The notes below the pieces were generated by a model, which did not search any database, had not been told where the DNA came from, and saw nothing but the letters and a program-made list of their open reading frames with translations. Both the position numbers and the translations under genes were made by a program. Positions 50,501 through 62,500 of a stretch of 64,000 nucleotides of DNA are shown piece by piece. Each line of letters opens with the position of its first letter. Position 1 is the first letter of the stretch. Source of the stretch: the human T2T-CHM13v2.0 reference genome, Homo sapiens; NCBI RefSeq assembly GCF_009914755.1, contig NC_060941.1, one strand, 5' to 3'.

Positions 50501-53500
50501 TCACGTTTGAAGCACTCTTTTTGCAGGATCTACAAGTGGATATTTGGACCACTCTGTGTCCTTCGTTCGAAACGGGTATATCTTCACATGACATCTAGAC
50601 AGAAGCATTCTCAGAAGCTTCTCTGTGATGACTGCATTCAACTCACGGAGTTGAACACTCCTTTTGAGAGCGCAGTTTTGAAACTCTCTTTCTGTGGCAT
50701 CTGCAAGGGGACATGTAGACCTCTTTGAAGATTTCGTTGGAAACGGAATCATCTTCGCATAAAAACTATACAGATGCATTCTCAGGAACTTTTTGGTGAT
50801 GTTTGTATTCAACTCCCAGAGTTGAACTTTCCTTTGGAAAGAGCAGCTATGAAACACTCTTTTTCTAGAATCTGCAAGTGGACGTTTGGAGGGCTTTGTG
50901 GTTTGTGGTGGAAAAGGAAATATCTTCACCTAAATACTAGATAGAAGCATTCTCAGAAACTGCTTTGTGATGATTGCATTCACCTCACAGAGTTGAACAT
51001 TCCTATTGATAGAGCAGTTTGGAAACACTCTTGTTGTGGAATGTGCAAGTGGAGATTTGGAGCGCTTTGAGGCCTATGGTAGTAAAGGGAATAGCTTCAT
51101 AGAAAAACTAGACAGAAGCATTCTCAGAAAATACTTTGTGATGATTGAGTTTAACTCACAGAGCTGAACATTCCTTTGGATGGAGCAGGTTTGAGACACA
51201 CTTTTTGTAGAATCTACAAGTGGATATTTGGACCTCTCTGAGGATTTCGTTGGAAACGCGATAACTGCACCTAACTAAACGGAAGCATTCTCAGAAACTT
51301 CTTGGTGATGTTTGCATTCAAATCCCAGAGTTGAACCTTCCTGTGATAGTTCAGGTTTGAAACACTCTTTTTGTAGGATCTGCAAGTGGATATTTGGACC
51401 ACTCTGTGGCCTTCGTTCGAAACGGGTACATCTTCACATAAAATCTAGACAGAAGCCTTCTCAGAAACTTCTCTGTGATGATTGCATTCAACTCACAGAT
51501 TTGAACCCTCCTATGGATAGAGCATTGTTGAAACTCTCTTTTTGTGGAATCTGCAAGTGGATATGTGGACCTCTCCGAAGATGTCTTTGGAAACGGGAAT
51601 ATCTTCACATAAAAACTAAACAGAAGCATTCTCAGAAACTTCTCTGTGATGTTTGTGTTCAACTCCCAGAGTTTCACATTGCTTTTCATAGAGTAGTTCT
51701 GAAACATGCTTTTCGTAGTGTCTGCAAGTGGACATTTGGAGCGCTTTCAGGCCTGTGGTGGAAAACGAATTATGGTCCCATAAAAACTGGAGAGAAGCAT
51801 TGTCAGAAACTTCTTTGTGATGATTGCATTCAACTCACAGAGATGAAGGTTCCTTTACAAACAGCAGTTTCCAAACACTCTTTCTGTGGAATCTGCAAGT
51901 GGATATTTGGACCTCTTTGAAGATTTCGTTGGAAACGGGAGAATCTTCACAGAAAAGCTAAACAGAAGCATTCTCAGAAACTTCTTTGTGATGCTTGCAT
52001 TCAACTCACAGAGTTGAACTTTCCTTTCAAGAGAGAAGCTTTGAAACACTCTTTTTCCAGAATCTGCAAGTGGACATTTGGAGGGCTTTGAGGCCTGTGG
52101 TGGAAAAGGAATTAACTTCCCGTAAAAGCTAGATAGAAGCATTCTCAGAAACTACTTTGTGATGATTGCATTCAAGTCACAGAGTTGAACATTCCCTTTG
52201 ACAGAGCAGTTTGGAAACTCTCTTTGTGTAGAATCTGCAAGTGGAGATATGGACCGCTTTGAGGCCTATGGTAGTAAAGGAAATAGCTTCATATAAAAGC
52301 TAGACAGTAGCATTCACAGAAAACTCTTGGTGACGACTGAGTTTAACTCACAGAGCTGAACATTCCTTTGGATGGAGCAGTTTCGAAACACACTATTTGT
52401 AGAATGTGCAAGTGGATATTTGGGCCTCTCTGAGGATTTCGTTGGAAACGGGATAAACCGCACAGAACTAAACAGAAGCATTCTCAGAACCTTCTTCGTG
52501 ATGTTTGCATTCAACTCACAGTGTTGAACCTTTCTTTGATAGTTCAGGTTTGAAACGGTCTTTCTGTAGAAACTGCAAGTAGATATTTGGACCTCTCTGA
52601 GGATTTCGTTGGAAACGGGATAAACCGCACAGAACTAAAACAGAAGCATTCTCAGAACCCTCTTCGTGATGTTTGCATTCAACTCACAGTGCTGAACCTT
52701 TCTTTGATAGTTCAGCTTTGAAACACTCTTCTTGTAGAAACTGCAAGTGGATATTTGGTCCTCTCTGAGGATTTCGTTGGAAACGGGATAAACCGCACAG
52801 AACTAAACAGAAGCATTCTCAGAACCTTCTTCGTGATGTCTGCATTCAACTCACAGTGTGGAACCTTTCTTTGATAGTTCAGGTTTGAAACACTCTTTTT
52901 GTAGAAACTGCAAGGGGATAATTGCACTTCTTTGAGGCCTACCGTAGTTAAGGAAATAACTTCCTATAGAAAGAAGACAGAAGCTTTCTCAGAAAATTCT
53001 TTGGGATGATTGAGTGGAACTCACAGAGCTGAACATTCCTTGCGATGTAGCAGTTTAGAAACACACTTTCTGCAGAATCTGCAAGTGCATATTTGGACCT
53101 CTCTGAGGAATTCGTTGGAAACGGGATAATTTCAGCTGACTAAACAGAAGCAGTCTCAGAATCTTCTTTGTGATGTTTGCATTCAAATCCCAGAGTTGAA
53201 CTTTCCTTTCAAAGTTCACGTTTGAAGCACTCTTTTTGCAGGATCTACAAGTGGATATTTGGACCACTCTGTGTCCTTCGTTCGAAACGGGTATATCTTC
53301 ACATGACATCTAGACAGAAGCATTCTCAGAAGCTTCTCTGTGATGACTGCATTCAACTCACGGAGTTGAACACTCCTTTTGAGAGCGCAGTTTTGAAACT
53401 CTCTTTCTGTGGCATCTGCAAGGGGACATGTAGACCTCTTTGAAGATTTCGTTGGAAACGGAATCATCTTCGCATAAAAACTATACAGATGCATTCTCAG

Positions 53501-56500
53501 GAACTTTTTGGTGATGTTTGTATTCAACTCCCAGAGTTGAACTTTCCTTTGGAAAGAGCAGCTATGAAACACTCTTTTTCTAGAATCTGCAAGTGGACGT
53601 TTGGAGGGCTTTGTGGTTTGTGGTGGAAAAGGAAATATCTTCACCTAAATACTAGATAGAAGCATTCTCAGAAACTGCTTTGTGATGATTGCATTCACCT
53701 CACAGAGTTGAACATTCCTATTGATAGAGCAGTTTGGAAACACTCTTGTTGTGGAATGTGCAAGTGGAGATTTGGAGCGCTTTGAGGCCTATGGTAGTAA
53801 AGGGAATAGCTTCATAGAAAAACTAGACAGAAGCATTCTCAGAAAATACTTTGTGATGATTGAGTTTAACTCACAGAGCTGAACATTCCTTTGGATGGAG
53901 CAGGTTTGAGACACACTTTTTGTAGAATCTACAAGTGGATATTTGGACCTCTCTGAGGATTTCGTTGGAAACGCGATAACTGCACCTAACTAAACGGAAG
54001 CATTCTCAGAAACTTCTTGGTGATGTTTGCATTCAAATCCCAGAGTTGAACCTTCCTGTGATAGTTCAGGTTTGAAACACTCTTTTTGTAGGATCTGCAA
54101 GTGGATATTTGGACCACTCTGTGGCCTTCGTTCGAAACGGGTACATCTTCACATAAAATCTAGACAGAAGCCTTCTCAGAAACTTCTCTGTGATGATTGC
54201 ATTCAACTCACAGATTTGAACCCTCCTATGGATAGAGCATTGTTGAAACTCTCTTTTTGTGGAATCTGCAAGTGGATATGTGGACCTCTCCGAAGATGTC
54301 TTTGGAAACGGGAATATCTTCACATAAAAACTAAACAGAAGCATTCTCAGAAACTTCTCTGTGATGTTTGTGTTCAACTCCCAGAGTTTCACATTGCTTT
54401 TCATAGAGTAGTTCTGAAACATGCTTTTCGTAGTGTCTGCAAGTGGACATTTGGAGCGCTTTCAGGCCTGTGGTGGAAAACGAATTATGGTCCCATAAAA
54501 ACTGGAGAGAAGCATTGTCAGAAACTTCTTTGTGATGATTGCATTCAACTCACAGAGATGAAGGTTCCTTTACAAACAGCAGTTTCCAAACACTCTTTCT
54601 GTGGAATCTGCAAGTGGATATTTGGACCTCTTTGAAGATTTCGTTGGAAACGGGAGAATCTTCACAGAAAAGCTAAACAGAAGCATTCTCAGAAACTTCT
54701 TTGTGATGCTTGCATTCAACTCACAGAGTTGAACTTTCCTTTCGAGAGAGAAGCTTTGAAACACTCTTTTTCCAGAATCTGCAAGTGGACATTTGGAGGG
54801 CTTTGAGGCCTGTGGTGGAAAAGGAATTAACTTCCCGTAAAAGCTAGATAGAAGCATTCTCAGAAACTACTTTGTGATGATTGCATTCAAGTCACAGAGT
54901 TGAACATTCCCTTTGACAGAGCAGTTTGGAAACTCTCTTTGTGTAGAATCTGCAAGTGGAGATATGGACCGCTTTGAGGCCTATGGTAGTAAAGGAAATA
55001 GCTTCATATAAAAGCTAGACAGTAGCATTCACAGAAAACTCTTGGTGACGACTGAGTTTAACTCACAGAGCTGAACATTCCTTTGGATGGAGCAGTTTCG
55101 AAACACACTATTTGTAGAATGTGCAAGTGGATATTTGGGCCTCTCTGAGGATTTCGTTGGAAACGGGATAAACCGCACAGAACTAAACAGAAGCATTCTC
55201 AGAACCTTCTTCGTGATGTTTGCATTCAACTCACAGTGTTGAACCTTTCTTTGATAGTTCAGGTTTGAAACGGTCTTTCTGTAGAAACTGCAAGTAGATA
55301 TTTGGACCTCTCTGAGGATTTCGTTGGAAACGGGATAAACCGCACAGAACTAAAACAGAAGCATTCTCAGAACCCTCTTCGTGATGTTTGCATTCAACTC
55401 ACAGTGCTGAACCTTTCTTTGATAGTTCAGCTTTGAAACACTCTTCTTGTAGAAACTGCAAGTGGATATTTGGTCCTCTCTGAGGATTTCGTTGGAAACG
55501 GGATAAACCGCACAGAACTAAACAGAAGCATTCTCAGAACCTTCTTCGTGATGTCTGCATTCAACTCACAGTGTGGAACCTTTCTTTGATAGTTCAGGTT
55601 TGAAACACTCTTTTTGTAGAAACTGCAAGGGGATAATGGCACTTCTTTGAGGCCTACCGTAGTAAAGGAAATAACTTCCTATAGAAAGAAGACAGAAGCT
55701 TTCTCAGAAAATTCTTTGGGATGATTGAGTGGAACTCACAGAGCTGAACATTCCTTGCGATGTAGCAGTTTAGAAACACACTTTCTGCAGAATCTGCAAG
55801 TGCATATTTGGACCTCTCTGAGGAATTCGTTGGAAACGGGATAATTTCAGCTGACTAAACAGAAGCAGTCTCAGAATCTTCTTTGTGATGTTTGCATTCA
55901 AATCCCAGAGTTGAACTTTCCTTTCAAAGTTCACGTTTGAAGCACTCTTTTTGCAGGATCTACAAGTGGATATTTGGACCACTCTGTGTCCTTCGTTCGA
56001 AACGGGTATATCTTCACATGACATCTAGACAGAAGCATTCTCAGAAGCTTCTCTGTGATGACTGCATTCAACTCACGGAGTTGAACACTCCTTTTGAGAG
56101 CGCAGTTTTGAAACTCTCTTTCTGTGGCATCTGCAAGGGGACATGTAGACCTCTTTGAAGATTTCGTTGGAAACGGAATCATCTTCGCATAAAAACTATA
56201 CAGATGCATTCTCAGGAACTTTTTGGTGATGTTTGTATTCAACTCCCAGAGTTGAACTTTCCTTTGGAAAGAGCAGCTATGAAACACTCTTTTTCTAGAA
56301 TCTGCAAGTGGACGTTTGGAGGGCTTTGTGGTTTGTGGTGGAAAAGGAAATATCTTCACCTAAATACTAGATAGAAGCATTCTCAGAAACTGCTTTGTGA
56401 TGATTGCATTCACCTCACAGAGTTGAACATTCCTATTGATAGAGCAGTTTGGAAACACTCTTGTTGTGGAATGTGCAAGTGGAGATTTGGAGCGCTTTGA

Positions 56501-59500
56501 GGCCTATGGTAGTAAAGGGAATAGCTTCATAGAAAAACTAGACAGAAGCATTCTCAGAAAATACTTTGTGATGATTGAGTTTAACTCACAGAGCTGAACA
56601 TTCCTTTGGATGGAGCAGGTTTGAGACACACTTTTTGTAGAATCTACAAGTGGATATTTGGACCTCTCTGAGGATTTCGTTGGAAACGCGATAACTGCAC
56701 CTAACTAAACGGAAGCATTCTCAGAAACTTCTTGGTGATGTTTGCATTCAAATCCCAGAGTTGAACCTTCCTGTGATAGTTCAGGTTTGAAACACTCTTT
56801 TTGTAGGATCTGCAAGTGGATATTTGGACCACTCTGTGGCCTTCGTTCGAAACGGGTACATCTTCACATAAAATCTAGACAGAAGCCTTCTCAGAAACTT
56901 CTCTGTGATGATTGCATTCAACTCACAGATTTGAACCCTCCTATGGATAGAGCATTGTTGAAACTCTCTTTTTGTGGAATCTGCAAGTGGATATGTGGAC
57001 CTCTCCGAAGATGTCTTTGGAAACGGGAATATCTTCACATAAAAACTAAACAGAAGCATTCTCAGAAACTTCTCTGTGATGTTTGTGTTCAACTCCCAGA
57101 GTTTCACATTGCTTTTCATAGAGTAGTTCTGAAACATGCTTTTCGTAGTGTCTGCAAGTGGACATTTGGAGCGCTTTCAGGCCTGTGGTGGAAAACGAAT
57201 TATGGTCCCATAAAAACTGGAGAGAAGCATTGTCAGAAACTTCTTTGTGATGATTGCATTCAACTCACAGAGATGAAGGTTCCTTTACAAACAGCAGTTT
57301 CCAAACACTCTTTCTGTGGAATCTGCAAGTGGATATTTGGACCTCTTTGAAGATTTCGTTGGAAACGGGAGAATCTTCACAGAAAAGCTAAACAGAAGCA
57401 TTCTCAGAAACTTCTTTGTGATGCTTGCATTCAACTCACAGAGTTGAACTTTCCTTTCAAGAGAGAAGCTTTGAAACACTCTTTTTCCAGAATCTGCAAG
57501 TGGACATTTGGAGGGCTTTGAGGCCTGTGGTGGAAAAGGAATTAACTTCCCGTAAAAGCTAGATAGAAGCATTCTCAGAAACTACTTTGTGATGATTGCA
57601 TTCAAGTCACAGAGTTGAACATTCCCTTTGACAGAGCAGTTTGGAAACTCTCTTTGTGTAGAATCTGCAAGTGGAGATATGGACCGCTTTGAGGCCTATG
57701 GTAGTAAAGGAAATAGCTTCATATAAAAGCTAGACAGTAGCATTCACAGAAAACTCTTGGTGACGACTGAGTTTAACTCACAGAGCTGAACATTCCTTTG
57801 GATGGAGCAGTTTCGAAACACACTATTTGTAGAATGTGCAAGTGGATATTTGGGCCTCTCTGAGGATTTCGTTGGAAACGGGATAAACCGCACAGAACTA
57901 AACAGAAGCATTCTCAGAACCTTCTTCGTGATGTTTGCATTCAACTCACAGTGTTGAACCTTTCTTTGATAGTTCAGGTTTGAAACGGTCTTTCTGTAGA
58001 AACTGCAAGTAGATATTTGGACCTCTCTGAGGATTTCGTTGGAAACGGGATAAACCGCACAGAACTAAAACAGAAGCATTCTCAGAACCCTCTTCGTGAT
58101 GTTTGCATTCAACTCACAGTGCTGAACCTTTCTTTGATAGTTCAGCTTTGAAACACTCTTCTTGTAGAAACTGCAAGTGGATATTTGGTCCTCTCTGAGG
58201 ATTTCGTTGGAAACGGGATAAACCGCACAGAACTAAACAGAAGCATTCTCAGAACCTTCTTCGTGATGTCTGCATTCAACTCACAGTGTGGAACCTTTCT
58301 TTGATAGTTCAGGTTTGAAACACTCTTTTTGTAGAAACTGCAAGGGGATAATTGCACTTCTTTGAGGCCTACCGTAGTTAAGGAAATAACTTCCTATAGA
58401 AAGAAGACAGAAGCTTTCTCAGAAAATTCTTTGGGATGATTGAGTGGAACTCACAGAGCTGAACATTCCTTGCGATGTAGCAGTTTAGAAACACACTTTC
58501 TGCAGAATCTGCAAGTGCATATTTGGACCTCTCTGAGGAATTCGTTGGAAACGGGATAATTTCAGCTGACTAAACAGAAGCAGTCTCAGAATCTTCTTTG
58601 TGATGTTTGCATTCAAATCCCAGAGTTGAACTTTCCTTTCAAAGTTCACGTTTGAAGCACTCTTTTTGCAGGATCTACAAGTGGATATTTGGACCACTCT
58701 GTGTCCTTCGTTCGAAACGGGTATATCTTCACATGACATCTAGACAGAAGCATTCTCAGAAGCTTCTCTGTGATGACTGCATTCAACTCACGGAGTTGAA
58801 CACTCCTTTTGAGAGCGCAGTTTTGAAACTCTCTTTCTGTGGCATCTGCAAGGGGACATGTAGACCTCTTTGAAGATTTCGTTGGAAACGGAATCATCTT
58901 CACATAAAAACTATACAGATGCATTCTCAGGAACTTTTTGGTGATGTTTGTATTCAACTCCCAGAGTTGAACTTTCCTTTGGAAAGAGCAGCTATGAAAC
59001 ACTCTTTTTCTAGAATCTGCAAGTGGACGTTTGGAGGGCTTTGTGGTTTGTGGTGGAAAAGGAAATATCTTCACCTAAATACTAGATAGAAGCATTCTCA
59101 GAAACTGCTTTGTGATGATTGCATTCACCTCACAGAGTTGAACATTCCTATTGATAGAGCAGTTTGGAAACACTCTTGTTGTGGAATGTGCAAGTGGAGA
59201 TTTGGAGCGCTTTGAGGCCTATGGTAGTAAAGGGAATAGCTTCATAGAAAAACTAGACAGAAGCATTCTCAGAAAATACTTTGTGATGATTGAGTTTAAC
59301 TCACAGAGCTGACCATTCCTTTGGATGGAGCAGGTTTGAGACACACTTTTTGTAGAATCTACAAGTGGATATTTGGACCTCTCTGAGGATTTCGTTGGAA
59401 ACGCGATAACTGCACCTAACTAAACGGAAGCATTCTCAGAAACTTCTTGGTGATGTTTGCATTCAAATCCCAGAGTTGAACCTTCCTGTGATAGTTCAGG

Positions 59501-62500
59501 TTTGAAACACTCTTTTTGTAGGATCTGCAAGTGGATATTTGGACCACTCTGTGGCCTTCGTTCGAAACGGGTACATCTTCACATAAAATCTAGACAGAAG
59601 CCTTCTCAGAAACTTCTCTGTGATGATTGCATTCAACTCACAGATTTGAACCCTCCTATGGATAGAGCATTGTTGAAACTCTCTTTTTGTGGAATCTGCA
59701 AGTGGATATGTGGACCTCTCCGAAGATGTCTTTGGAAACGGGAATATCTTCACATAAAAACTAAACAGAAGCATTCTCAGAAACTTCTCTGTGATGTTTG
59801 TGTTCAACTCCCAGAGTTTCACATTGCTTTTCATAGAGTAGTTCTGAAACATGCTTTTCGTAGTGTCTGCAAGTGGACATTTGGAGCGCTTTCAGGCCTG
59901 TGGTGGAAAACGAATTATGGTCCCATAAAAACTGGAGAGAAGCATTGTCAGAAACTTCTTTGTGATGATTGCATTCAACTCACAGAGATGAAGGTTCCTT
60001 TACAAACAGCAGTTTCCAAACACTCTTTCTGTGGAATCTGCAAGTGGATATTTGGACCTCTTTGAAGATTTCGTTGGAAACGGGAGAATCTTCACAGAAA
60101 AGCTAAACAGAAGCATTCTCAGAAACTTCTTTGTGATGCTTGCATTCAACTCACAGAGTTGAACTTTCCTTTCGAGAGAGAAGCTTTGAAACACTCTTTT
60201 TCCAGAATCTGCAAGTGGACATTTGGAGGGCTTTGAGGCCTGTGGTGGAAAAGGAATTAACTTCCCGTAAAAGCTAGATAGAAGCATTCTCAGAAACTAC
60301 TTTGTGATGATTACATTCAAGTCACAGAGTTGAACATTCCCTTTGACAGAGCAGTTTGGAAACTCTCTTTGTGTAGAATCTGCAAGTGGAGATATGGACC
60401 GCTTTGAGGCCTATGGTAGTAAAGGAAATAGCTTCATATAAAAGCTAGACAGTAGCATTCACAGAAAACTCTTGGTGACGACTGAGTTTAACTCACAGAG
60501 CTGAACATTCCTTTGGATGGAGCAGTTTCGAAACACACTATTTGTAGAATGTGCAAGTGGATATTTGGGCCTCTCTGAGGATTTCGTTGGAAACGGGATA
60601 AACCGCACAGAAATAAACAGAAGCATTCTCAGAACCTTCTTCGTGATGTTTGCATTCAACTCACAGTGTTGAACCTTTCTTTGATAGTTCAGGTTTGAAA
60701 CGGTCTTTCTGTAGAAACTGCAAGTAGATATTTGGACCTCTCTGAGGATTTCGTTGGAAACGGGATAAACCGCACAGAACTAAAACAGAAGCATTCTCAG
60801 AACCCTCTTCGTGATGTTTGCATTCAACTCACAGTGCTGAACCTTTCTTTGATAGTTCAGCTTTGAAACACTCTTCTTGTAGAAACTGCAAGTGGATATT
60901 TGGTCCTCTCTGAGGATTTCGTTGGAAACGGGATAAACCGCACAGAACTAAACAGAAGCATTCTCAGAACCTTCTTCGTGATGTCTGCATTCAACTCACA
61001 GTGTGGAACCTTTCTTTGATAGTTCAGGTTTGAAACACTCTTTTTGTAGAAACTGCAAGGGGATAATGGCACTTCTTTGAGGCCTACCGTAGTAAAGGAA
61101 ATAACTTCCTATAGAAAGAAGACAGAAGCTTTCTCAGAAAATTCTTTGGGATGATTGAGTGGAACTCACAGAGCTGAACATTCCTTGCGATGTAGCAGTT
61201 TAGAAACACACTTTCTGCAGAATCTGCAAGTGCATATTTGGACCTCTCTGAGGAATTCGTTGGAAACGGGATAATTTCAGCTGACTAAACAGAAGCAGTC
61301 TCAGAATCTTCTTTGTGATGTTTGCATTCAAATCCCAGAGTTGAACTTCCCTTTCAAAGTTCACGTTTGAAACACTCTTTTTGCAGGATCTACAAGTGGA
61401 TATTTGGACCACTCTGTGTCCTTCGTTCGAAACGGGTATATCTTCACATGACATCTAGACAGAAGCATTCTCAGAAGCTTCTCTGTGATGACTGCATTCA
61501 ACTCACGGAGTTGAACACTCCTTTTGAGAGCGCAGTTTTGAAACTCTCTTTCTGTGGCATCTGCAAGGGGACATGTAGACCTCTTTGAAGATTTCGTTGG
61601 AAACGGAATCATCTTCACATAAAAACTATACAGATGCATTCTCAGGAACTTTTTGGTGATGTTTGTATTCAACTCCCAGAGTTGAACTTTCCTTTGGAAA
61701 GAGCAGCTATGAAACACTCTTTTTCTAGAATCTGCAAGTGGACGTTTGGAGGGCTTTGTGGTTTGTGGTGGAAAAGGAAATATCTTCACCTAAATACTAG
61801 ATAGAAGCATTCTCAGAAACTGCTTTGTGATGATTGCATTCACCTCACAGAGTTGAACATTCCTATTGATAGAGCAGTTTGGAAACACTCTTGTTGTGGA
61901 ATGTGCAAGTGGAGATTTGGAGCGCTTTGAGGCCTATGGTAGTAAAGGGAATAGCTTCATAGAAAAACTAGACAGAAGCATTCTCAGAAAATACTTTGTG
62001 ATGATTGAGTTTAACTCACAGAGCTGAACATTCCTTTGGATGGAGCAGGTTTGAGACACACTTTTTGTAGAATCTACAAGTGGATATTTGGACCTCTCTG
62101 AGGATTTCGTTGGAAACGCGATAACTGCACCTAACTAAACGGAAGCATTCTCAGAAACTTCTTGGTGATGTTTGCATTCAAATCCCAGAGTTGAACCTTC
62201 CTGTGATAGTTCAGGTTTGAAACACTCTTTTTGTAGGATCTGCAAGTGGATATTTGGACCACTCTGTGGCCTTCGTTCGAAACGGGTACATCTTCACATA
62301 AAATCTAGACAGAAGCCTTCTCAGAAACTTCTCTGTGATGATTGCATTCAACTCACAGATTTGAACCCTCCTATGGATAGAGCATTGTTGAAACTCTCTT
62401 TTTGTGGAATCTGCAAGTGGATATGTGGACCTCTCCGAAGATGTCTTTGGAAACGGGAATATCTTCACATAAAAACTAAACAGAAGCATTCTCAGAAACT

